Below are positions 28,767 to 37,088 of a DNA stretch of 64,000 nucleotides, piece by piece (position 1 is the first letter of the stretch; the number at the start of each line of letters is the position of its first letter). Below the pieces are notes generated by a model. The model made no database searches, was not told where the DNA came from, and saw only the letters and a program-made list of their open reading frames with translations. Source of the DNA: Candidatus Sulfomarinibacteraceae bacterium (GTDB lineage: Bacteria > Acidobacteriota > Thermoanaerobaculia > Thermoanaerobaculales > Sulfomarinibacteraceae); assembly GCA_963796455.1 (NCBI GenBank), contig CAWCLO010000001.1:320001-384000 (forward strand), given 5' to 3'. The position numbers and the translations under genes were made by a program.

Positions 28767-29357
28767 GTGCGCCAAACCATTTACGTGCTGCTTGTGCTCG
28801 CCCTCTTCATCGTAGGCCCGACCGATGCCCAGGACATGAAGGAGAACAGTCTCGGGATCGATCATGATGCATTGCCCGTCGCAGTGGATGGATGGGACGG
28901 GGTGCAGAACGGCGTCTACCAAGACGGCCGGGTCTATATTGCCGGACAACCCGACGAAGCAGCGTTCAAGAGGTTTCAGGACCTAGGTGTCAACGTGGTC
29001 ATCAACCTGAGGCCACCACGCGAAATGGACAATCGCGAACGAGTGCCCTTCGACGAGGCAGCGGTGCTCGAGGAACTCGATCTGCAGTACGTTCAGATTC
29101 CACTCGGCGGCGAAGCATATCCCTACAATCGACAGGCCGTAGATCAATTTGCAGAGGTCTTGGCGAAACACAACGGACCGATCCTGTTGCACTGCACCGT
29201 CGCCTGGAGGGCGAGCTATATGTGGGCCGCGTACCTGATCCTTCATCATGATTTCACGCTCGAGGACGCGCTGGCCAGGGGTGAGGCCATCGCCATCAGT
29301 CCTCCGCCGCTGGAGGGTCTCCTTGGTAAGGACCTGACGTTGAGCTACGCGGAATAG
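28767..29357 (+). CDS. Exported CX5R phosphatase/sulfurtransferase-like protein (DUF442/beta-lactamase hydrolase-like)
   Basis: YIAGQP, VINLR, ILLHCTVAWRA. Confidence 0.7.
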   Translation: MRQTIYVLLVLALFIVGPTDAQDMKENSLGIDHDALPVAVDGWDGVQNGVYQDGRVYIAGQPDEAAFKRFQDLGVNVVINLRPPREMDNRERVPFDEAAVLEELDLQYVQIPLGGEAYPYNRQAVDQFAEVLAKHNGPILLHCTVAWRASYMWAAYLILHHDFTLEDALARGEAIAISPPPLEGLLGKDLTLSYAE

Positions 29358-29560
29358 ACCTCTCATCAAAAGGTGCCGCGGCCTATGCGGCCCAACTGCT
29401 CTTGCGGTACTATATGAATAGCGGTGATGACACCCTATCAACGGCAATAGAGCGTACCTGACGGCTGCTCGCGGATCGGCGGACGCGGCCGACCGCCAAC
29501 CTGGGAAGCACGTCGGCACTGCCACGGAGCCGTCAAGTCGACAGCTGGGAGAGAGAGTCT

Positions 29561-32131
29561 GTGAGCACGGATTCTGGAGTGACAGGTTACAACGAGGAAC
29601 GGGCGCTGCTCAAGCGCTATCTTTCGGATGAGATCGCGCCACTGATTTTCGCCAACAACGCCTCGGATCTATTCGAAATACCGACCTACGTGGTCGCCAG
29701 CGAAATCCACTCGTGGATCGGCGATCAGATCCGCGGGTCCTCGAACATGACGACGGCCGACCTCATCTATCACGCCGCCACAAAGCTCCACCAGCTCGGT
29801 ATGCTCGAGCTGATCCCCAAAGAAGAGATCAACGCCTATATTTCTCGGATTCAACCAAATCTCCTGGAAATTTGTCCCGCCGAGCAGCGCCAGGGTCTCG
29901 AAGAGAATTTCAGCCACCTCGAGAGAAGCACGTCGATCGGTGGCGGAAAGGTCGAGGTGCTCCACAAACAGGGCGGAGGAGGACCGGGCCAATCGGGAGG
30001 TTCTGGTGGGCAGCATCAACCAGCCGGCCCCGGGGGCGGCGGGTATGCGGGAGCTCAGGGCGGAGCCGCACCTTCAGCGGCTGGATCAAATGCGAACGCG
30101 GGCCCCGCGGCGGCGGCCGACCCTGCCTCCATGCAGCGACTCAACCTCCTGCTCGACCAACTCCAGCGACTTCCCGCCTCCAGGGAGCCCGGTGCAGAAC
30201 CGGGTGCGGCTCCTGCCGGCGACAGCAGGGTTCTGGCTCATGTGGTGGAAGAGGTGGCCGCCCAGGCGGGCAGCTCCAAAGAACTCGAAACCCAACTAGG
30301 TTTCCTACAGGATCTCGGGGTAGCAAGCCTCGGATCGGGCATCTTTCAACTGCTGAGCCAGGGCCTACCCGACTGGGCTCCCCCAGCCGGCGGCGATAGC
30401 AACGCCGAATCACCCGTCAGCGCAGCCCGTGCGATGCGGAAGGTGGTCAAGCTTTCCCAAGACCGGGAGGAACTCGGAAAACGATTCAAGGAGCTCGTCG
30501 ATGTGGCCATCGATGAGTGTAACGGTGGGTCTCTGGGCCGCGCCGTCACAATGCTCGATCTGGCCGATCGAATGGTCTCGCAAAATGACGTCGATTCGGC
30601 GCTGGCCGCGGCGGTGGTCACCCAGAGTGCGGAACAGCTCGACCGAAAACAGCTCTATGCCTTTGCCGAAGACAGCAACAAAGCATCACTGCTGCGCCGG
30701 CTGCTGACCTTTTTCCCCAGTCTGCGGGTCGAACCGCTGCTCGAGGCGCTCGCAGAGAACGAGGATCGCGAAGAGCGCATGGAGATCCTCAAACTCCTTC
30801 GAGCCCACGGTGAGGAGGCGCGCCAGGAGGCGGTCAGCGCCCTCGACGAATCGGTCAACGGGGCGAATCAGTTGCCGTGGCACGTAGAGCGCAATCTCCT
30901 CTTTCTGATGCGCGCCATCCCCCGCTCCGAAGAGGATGATCTCGAACACGAGATCGATCTCCTGAACCGTACCTCAGACATCGGCGGTCCGACGCCGGTG
31001 GTCCGTGAAAGCTTGACATCCCTGGTCCAAATGGACAATCCACGGGCCTTGGTTACCGTCGACGCTCGTATCACCGAACTCGAAGACGGGCTCCTCGGCA
31101 AAGCCAAGCTTCCAATCGATCTCAAGGAGGCGCGCTGGCTCCACACCCATGCCTTCAAACAGCTTGCTCTCAGTGAATCACCCCAGGCGACGGAGATCGT
31201 CATCAACCACGGACTCACGGGTGAAACGGAACTCGGCGACACCTACGGCCGCATTGCCCAACTCGGTTCACAGGACCTCTCCAACTCCCCGGAGCAGGTG
31301 AAGCGATTGGTCGACGCTCTCGAAAACGAGTTGCCGAGGAGATTCCTCGGCGTTTCGCGCAAGAACGAACGCAAAAGCCAGGTGGTGGAACATCTCATCA
31401 CCGCCGTATCCGGCACGAACACACCCTTGGTGCAAAAGACCTTGGGCGAAATCGCTCGCAAATATACCGATCAGCCCTTCTCTACCAGCGCAGGGCGAGC
31501 CCTCGAACAAATGGGCTCATCGGTGGCCGAGAAATCGAAATCAGCAAAGAACCTGGCGACTTTGAGTGGTGACCTCGGTCTCTTCGGGCTCCCCAATCTC
31601 CTGCAAAACCTCGCCGACAGCAGGCTCGCCGGGACCATCAAGATCTTCGGTTCGGGTGGCACGGATCTGGCGGCGGTTGAACTGGATCAGACCATCCTCG
31701 TGTCGGCCAGCTACGGAAAGCTCTCGAACGATCTCGCGGTCTACCAACTCCTGGAAATCCCCGCTGAAGGACGCTTCGAATTCCACAGTCGCAGTGAATC
31801 CGAAGAATCGAAAAGCTACCCTGACGACGCGCACTCGGTCACTTCTCTGTTGCTCGAAGGCATGCGCCGCTACGACGAGTTCCAGAGGGCCGCCTCGCTG
31901 GTTCCGGATGACGCCCGTTTCAAACCAGCCAACAAGAAACCGAGCGATGTCAAAGAGGATGGCGACCCAAAGCTGGCCAAGGCGGTGTGGACCAAGGCTG
32001 TCCGAGGCGCACCGCCGGCCGTCGTCGAGCCCGAGATCGGCCTCGACTCCTTCCGTATCCGAAGGCTCTACGAACACTGGGTGACCGAGGGGTCATTGGT
32101 GCGGGTCGAGGATCCGCCGACAGCTCAGTAG
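29561..32131 (+). CDS. Large helical protein with C-terminal DUF4388-like domain
   Basis: LSGDLGLFGLPNLLQNL...GRFEF...SLLLEGMRRYDE; Gly-rich linker; HEAT-like middle. Confidence 0.7.
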   Translation: MSTDSGVTGYNEERALLKRYLSDEIAPLIFANNASDLFEIPTYVVASEIHSWIGDQIRGSSNMTTADLIYHAATKLHQLGMLELIPKEEINAYISRIQPNLLEICPAEQRQGLEENFSHLERSTSIGGGKVEVLHKQGGGGPGQSGGSGGQHQPAGPGGGGYAGAQGGAAPSAAGSNANAGPAAAADPASMQRLNLLLDQLQRLPASREPGAEPGAAPAGDSRVLAHVVEEVAAQAGSSKELETQLGFLQDLGVASLGSGIFQLLSQGLPDWAPPAGGDSNAESPVSAARAMRKVVKLSQDREELGKRFKELVDVAIDECNGGSLGRAVTMLDLADRMVSQNDVDSALAAAVVTQSAEQLDRKQLYAFAEDSNKASLLRRLLTFFPSLRVEPLLEALAENEDREERMEILKLLRAHGEEARQEAVSALDESVNGANQLPWHVERNLLFLMRAIPRSEEDDLEHEIDLLNRTSDIGGPTPVVRESLTSLVQMDNPRALVTVDARITELEDGLLGKAKLPIDLKEARWLHTHAFKQLALSESPQATEIVINHGLTGETELGDTYGRIAQLGSQDLSNSPEQVKRLVDALENELPRRFLGVSRKNERKSQVVEHLITAVSGTNTPLVQKTLGEIARKYTDQPFSTSAGRALEQMGSSVAEKSKSAKNLATLSGDLGLFGLPNLLQNLADSRLAGTIKIFGSGGTDLAAVELDQTILVSASYGKLSNDLAVYQLLEIPAEGRFEFHSRSESEESKSYPDDAHSVTSLLLEGMRRYDEFQRAASLVPDDARFKPANKKPSDVKEDGDPKLAKAVWTKAVRGAPPAVVEPEIGLDSFRIRRLYEHWVTEGSLVRVEDPPTAQ

Positions 32132-32254
32132 CAGCCGACTGGAGAAACCCTAGATCACGCAGATATCCAATCGGTCTCGGTAGAGGTATCGCCTGCGAGG
32201 TCCCTACACCAGATTGCAGAGGGGATCGATCCTAGATGCTCGATCCTAGATGCT

Positions 32255-33096
32255 GGATCACTCTTGTCCAAGACAGAGTCTCGGATAGCGTGCAGGGACA
32301 GCGGCAGAGAACGGTCTACAGCGTCAGCGAACAGGAGTCAGGGGCAGCGTTCAGCTATCAGCGACAGCGATCAGAACTCACTTCGTCGGGTTCAAAAGGC
32401 GCCAGGTCATCGCACGGACCTGATCGAAGGCGTTCATCGCGTCGCGGGCGGCTGTCGCACTGATCGCCCCGGCGTGGGCAGAGAGGTCCAAGTGGCTGTC
32501 GACTTCTTTGGCCGATGCGTAGGCGATTCTCCAGTGGTTCAACCGGTCTCTACCAACTCGACCGTGCCCTTCTGCCAGATTCGCAGGGACCGAACTTGCT
32601 GACCGGATTACCTGATCGGCGATAGGCTTCAGCGGAGCCGGAACCCTCATCACGAGCTTGATCGCGATTCCTGCTGCTTCCAGGGCTTTCGAGTGGGCAA
32701 AGAGGTTGGTGTTCGTGGCGGCTGAGGACACGGTCACCTCCGGGTCGTTCATGCCCATTCCCGCAAGCCGGTGTGGCGGCCGATGTCAAGGATGCCCTGC
32801 ACCCTGCCTGTCCTTGACATCGGCCGCCCACCGGCTACCCCTTCCTTGGAACGACCCGGAGGTGGCCATTTCGCCGACTGGACTCCTGATCGCTGCCGCC
32901 GCCGCCGCTGTCCTCTGTCGCTGTTCCCTGACGCTGTTGCCTGTCGCTGACGCTGGACACTGCCGCTGCCGCTGCGATTCGGGATCGGTATCGGGTACCT
33001 GCGAACCACGAACCGGACATGCCAACAACCAACCCGTAAACCACGTGTTGTCAGGTAGGTAACTTCATGACGATCCGTTTTGGACAACAGTGATCC
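32255..33096 (-). mobile_element. Four-helix-bundle cassette copy B (complete, 842 bp)
   Basis: GGATCACTCTTGTCCAA ... TTGGACAACAGTGATCC (16/17 inverted match); heptamer array continues in direct orientation on both flanks. Confidence 0.8.
32378..32731 (-). CDS. Four helix bundle protein, 117 aa
   Basis: 13 substitutions versus copy A; GTG start after GGAGGTG. Confidence 0.9.
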   Translation of the reverse strand: MSSAATNTNLFAHSKALEAAGIAIKLVMRVPAPLKPIADQVIRSASSVPANLAEGHGRVGRDRLNHWRIAYASAKEVDSHLDLSAHAGAISATAARDAMNAFDQVRAMTWRLLNPTK

Positions 33097-33218
33097 TAGA
33101 TGCTGGATGCTCGATCCCGATCCCGAAAGGGGAAAGGGAGAAAGGGGGAAAGGGAGAAAGGGGGAAAGGGGGAAAGGGAGAACGTTACAGGAAGCGCGGC
33201 TTCTGATAAGGGCAGGGT

Positions 33219-33306
33219 CTCCTCTGCTCCTCTGCTCCTCTGCTCCTCTGCTCCTCTGCTCCTCTGCTCCTCTGCTCCTCTGCTCCTCTGCTCCTCTGCT
33301 CCTCTG
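33219..33306. repeat. (CTCCTCTG)11 octamer array
   Basis: Perfect tandem repeat after TGATAAGGGCAGGGT anchor. Confidence 0.95.
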
Positions 33307-33310
33307 CCTA

Positions 33311-36043
33311 CTACGGCGTGACGACCAACAGCATCTTTTCCGGCACGAGATATTTCTTCGCCGCGGACTGGATCGCTTCTGGCGTGACCTCGGCGTAGGC
33401 TTCTTCGTCCACGGCCAAGGGCGAACCCGGACCCTCGAAGAGCGCACGGCCCACTCGGTAGGCGCGTGAAGCCGCGGACATTCCGCGCAGCATCCGGCTG
33501 CGGCGTTGCCGTGCCCGCCAACGATCGAGATCGGATTCGTCCATTGCTTCCGCTGCCAGTTCGCCGACCAGCTCCTCGAGAAGACCGGCCACCCTGTCAC
33601 TGTTTTCCGGCCGGGTCCCGACGGTGGCCGACAAGATCCAGGATCCATCCGGGTTGTTTCTGACACCGGCGCCAAGTCGATAGGCCAGACCCTCGCGTTC
33701 TCGAATCACCGCTGTCATCTTGTCCGACAACGAATCCATCGCCACCAGGGTCGCGACCCGGTCCTCTGGCTCAACTTCCGCGATCCGGCCCCACAGGAGC
33801 GTCACCTGCGGCGCCTCACCGATCTCGACGATCGGAGCGTCGGTTGCCGGTTCGGGTTCGGGGTAGGGTCCTCGCCGCGGTTCGGCACTCGGGCCACCCG
33901 AGAAGAAGTCCTTCACCATCTCGACTGTCTCCTCCGCCGAGACCGGCGAGGCGACGGTCACCACCAGACCGGCGGGCGCAAAGAAACCATCCGGCCAGGA
34001 ATTCCACGTTTTTCGGACAGCGTCGGCATCGACCGGTGGTGCATCCAGGGGGCCCGAAACCGGCTGGGCCAAAGGATGTCCGGTACCGAGCAGGGCGCCA
34101 AAGAAAAGCTGTTGAGCCTTTTCCGAACCCCGGTTATCGGCCTTACGGGCCGCCTGGTGCGAAGTCATCGCCCCACGCCACCCTTCGTTGTCCCAGGCCG
34201 GGACGCGGATCATCTCCGCCAACATCGCGAGGGCGATCTCGAGACCGGTCGCGGGCCCTTCGATGCGGACATAGGAAAAATCGGGCACGTGATACCGGTT
34301 GTCGAAGGGAATCATCGGCGAGTCAGCGACCTTGACCTCGAAACCCGCCCTCTCGACACGGCGGGCAAAATCGCCACTGTCCCCGAGGGCCGTCCCGGCT
34401 GACAACAGCCGGTGAACGAAATCAGAGATTCCCGGCGCACCATCCGGTTCGCGGAGCGTGCGGTCAGCCACCAGAAGATGAATACCGAAAACATCGCTGC
34501 CCACTTCGGGGAGAACACCCACCACCACACCGTTCTCAAGTGTGGTGACACGGCTCCCGAGCGGTCCGTTTTCAAGCATCGCGCTTCGTGCTGTCGTCTG
34601 AGTCGCCTGCGCTTCGGGGAGCGCCACCCGAACTTCCGGACCACCCTTGCCCAGCCAGGCAGCACGCGATCGCGAAGAGATGTTTGTCAACAATGCCGCT
34701 GCCGTGCTCCGAAGAACAGTCGCTTCAACCACCGGCGGCGAGACCGAATCAATCAGTGAGCCACGGGCTGACGCCAGAGCCTCGCCAAAGAAAACCGCCG
34801 CATAATGCGGCCGCTGATCGGAAAGTGCCCGCTCTCCCGCCCAGGTGCGCTGAATGATCGCGGCCTCCGTGTCGGTCGGGCCGGCTGACGCGCGATTGAG
34901 AGTTCCGAGGAGCAATGCCAGGAGGCTCTCGGGATCGGCCCCCATCTCCGCCTCGACCCGGATCTCGAGAAGATCGCGGGGTTCGCGGGGCTGCCGCGTG
35001 ACGCTGATTTCGCGGGCCAAGCCGGGACCGACAATCGCCGCAAAGGGGCCATTGGAGTCCGACAACCATCGCGCCAGAATCTCCACCTCGGTTCCGGACT
35101 CGGACAACGCATCGGGCACCGCGATCACGACCGCGAGGGTCCCGCCCGACGGCGCCTGACCGCGGCCGGACATTCCGTGGCCGCCGCCACCCATCCCCAT
35201 GGTGGGCATTCCTCCGCCGGCCGGGGCCTCGGGCGCCGTCATGGCCACCCACTCACCCCACCCGGACCACTCCAGTTGATCCGGACGCGCAGCGGCACGA
35301 TCAGATGGACCGAGAGCTGCAAAGGGTTTCAAGACAGCCTCGAGGCCACCGACATCGAGATCACCGGTGATCAGCAGCCGAAAACCGGAGGGCACATAAC
35401 GTTCGTTCCAATAGGCGACGACCTTGTCCCGCGGGGTGGCCCCCACCGAGCTTTCCGATCCACCGACCGGGTGTTCGAGAGGGGTTCCCTGCCAGAGAGC
35501 CTCACGCAACCGATCCTCTTTCAGGCCGTCCGGAGAAGCATGATCCTTGGCCAACTCCTCGAGAATGACTTTCTTTTCTTTTTCGTAGACCTCTGCTTCG
35601 ATGGTCGAACGGGTGAGCATGCCCACCATGAGCTCGGCCGCAGCCACCGCGTCGGCGCGGGGAATCAGAGCGAAATACACCGTCGTCTGTTCGCGGGTAA
35701 AGGCATTCATATAGGCCGAAAGCCTTTCAAAGGCCTCGGTCACACCCCGCTCGTCGAGTTCGTCAAAACCATCAAAGAGCAGATGTTCCAGGTAGTGCGA
35801 AAGACCGCCCATCCCTGCCGGCTCGTCCTGCGACCCGGCAGGGACAGCGACTGCCACCAGGACAGTGCCCGAACCCGGGCGGGGCCACAACAGGGCGCTC
35901 GCACCCGACGGCAACGTCCGTTCGACGGGGCCGGATGCCGCCTTTTCCTCTGCCGCCAGCAACGGCTGGGCAGGCACCAGGAGGGCCGCAAGAACCAAAA
36001 CACAGATCACAAGCACAACGGGACGAAACATGGGTGTATGCAT
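33311..36043 (-). CDS. Secreted M16 (insulinase-family) zinc peptidase
   Basis: GLSHYLEHLLF inverted HxxEH, NAFT, EKEKKVILEE, IREREGLAY; signal peptide. Confidence 0.9.
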   Translation of the reverse strand: MHTPMFRPVVLVICVLVLAALLVPAQPLLAAEEKAASGPVERTLPSGASALLWPRPGSGTVLVAVAVPAGSQDEPAGMGGLSHYLEHLLFDGFDELDERGVTEAFERLSAYMNAFTREQTTVYFALIPRADAVAAAELMVGMLTRSTIEAEVYEKEKKVILEELAKDHASPDGLKEDRLREALWQGTPLEHPVGGSESSVGATPRDKVVAYWNERYVPSGFRLLITGDLDVGGLEAVLKPFAALGPSDRAAARPDQLEWSGWGEWVAMTAPEAPAGGGMPTMGMGGGGHGMSGRGQAPSGGTLAVVIAVPDALSESGTEVEILARWLSDSNGPFAAIVGPGLAREISVTRQPREPRDLLEIRVEAEMGADPESLLALLLGTLNRASAGPTDTEAAIIQRTWAGERALSDQRPHYAAVFFGEALASARGSLIDSVSPPVVEATVLRSTAAALLTNISSRSRAAWLGKGGPEVRVALPEAQATQTTARSAMLENGPLGSRVTTLENGVVVGVLPEVGSDVFGIHLLVADRTLREPDGAPGISDFVHRLLSAGTALGDSGDFARRVERAGFEVKVADSPMIPFDNRYHVPDFSYVRIEGPATGLEIALAMLAEMIRVPAWDNEGWRGAMTSHQAARKADNRGSEKAQQLFFGALLGTGHPLAQPVSGPLDAPPVDADAVRKTWNSWPDGFFAPAGLVVTVASPVSAEETVEMVKDFFSGGPSAEPRRGPYPEPEPATDAPIVEIGEAPQVTLLWGRIAEVEPEDRVATLVAMDSLSDKMTAVIREREGLAYRLGAGVRNNPDGSWILSATVGTRPENSDRVAGLLEELVGELAAEAMDESDLDRWRARQRRSRMLRGMSAASRAYRVGRALFEGPGSPLAVDEEAYAEVTPEAIQSAAKKYLVPEKMLLVVTP

Positions 36044-36142
36044 GGGCGGGATTGTACCTGCACTCAATCAGTTTTGAGTTTCAAGTTTTGAATTTTGAGG
36101 TCTGAAGATCCTCCGCCCCCGCCCAATTACCTGAGTGGATCA

Positions 36143-36203
36143 AACTCCGAACTCCAAACTCCGAACTCCGAACTCCGAACTCCGAACTCCGAACTCCGAA
36201 CTC
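36143..36203. repeat. (AACTCCG)~8 heptamer array
   Basis: Tandem heptamers; reverse-complement array at 50625-50681. Confidence 0.9.
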
Positions 36204-36226
36204 GACAAATGGTACCCTTCGCTCCG

Positions 36227-36967
36227 ATGGTAGAAACAAGAGACCTTTCACTCAGCCTCCGCGCCTTCTTGAAAGCCTATCCCTGGCGGGTCATCGATCC
36301 GGTACCGTGCACGGTTCTCGGAAGGCCTCTGCCCGAGTGCAGGGTGGCACTGCTGTCCTCCGCCGGCTTCGTGGTTCCCGGCGAGGAGCCGTTCAGCGCC
36401 TCGATCAAAGGCGGCGATTTCAGCTATCGCGTGATCCCCGACGATATCGACGTACAGACGCTCGAAGAGCACCATCGTTCGGACAGCTTCTCTCACGACG
36501 GAATCGAAGCCGATCGCAACATGGGCTTGCCCCTCGACCGTTTGCACGAGCTGGCGGCAGACGGTGTCATCGGATCGGTGGCGCCCCGCCACATTTCGGT
36601 CATGGGCTCCATTACCGCACCCGGAAGATACATCCGCAAGACCCTTCCCGTGGTGGCGGACATTTTCGTGGAAGACCAGGTAGACGTCGCGCTGATGGTC
36701 CCTGTCTGACCGGTCTGCGTCCAGACGGTCGGTCTGGCTCAGTCAACAGTCGAGGACCGGGGAATCGCCACCGCCTCCATCACCATGCTCGAGGACATCA
36801 CCCGCAAGATCCAGCCCCCCCGCGCCCTGTCGGTCCCCTACCCCCTCGGTTTCCCACTCGGTGAGGCCGGCAACCACGCGCTCCAGACCTCGGTTCTTCG
36901 GGCGTTGCTCGCGCTGCTCGATCGCACCGATGCTCCAGTTCTCGAGCGTTGGTCGCCGAATGGCTGA
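36227..36967 (+). CDS. Glycine/sarcosine/betaine/D-proline reductase selenoprotein B family (PrdB-like), Sec at TGA 36707-36709
   Basis: RVALLSSAG, GDFSYRVIP, DRNMGLPLDRLHEL, DVALMVPV-TGA-PVC continuing in frame to PPRALSVPYPLGFPLG; SECIS-like hairpin. Confidence 0.85.
36721..36737 (+). promoter_or_regulatory. Putative bacterial SECIS hairpin
   Basis: CCAGAC-GGTCG-GTCTGG beginning 11 nt after the UGA, G-leading apical loop. Confidence 0.65.
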
Positions 36968-37088
36968 TCGGAAACGTCTCTTCCATAAACACTTGCGACA
37001 TTTCGACAGCACCAATCAGGGACATTCGTCAGCACTGACGACTGAGGACTGTCGACTACTGGCGTGTAGAATCCGCGCAACAAGGGTC

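Noticed and set aside
29459..29536. Possible riboswitch (TGACGGCT...AGCCGTCA stem) upstream of the DUF4388 gene
   Set aside because: Only short stems in GC-rich DNA and no aptamer motif I can recognise; needs an Infernal search
33219..33306. CRISPR array (also the other tandem repeats)
   Set aside because: Contiguous 6-8 bp units with no spacers; no cas genes
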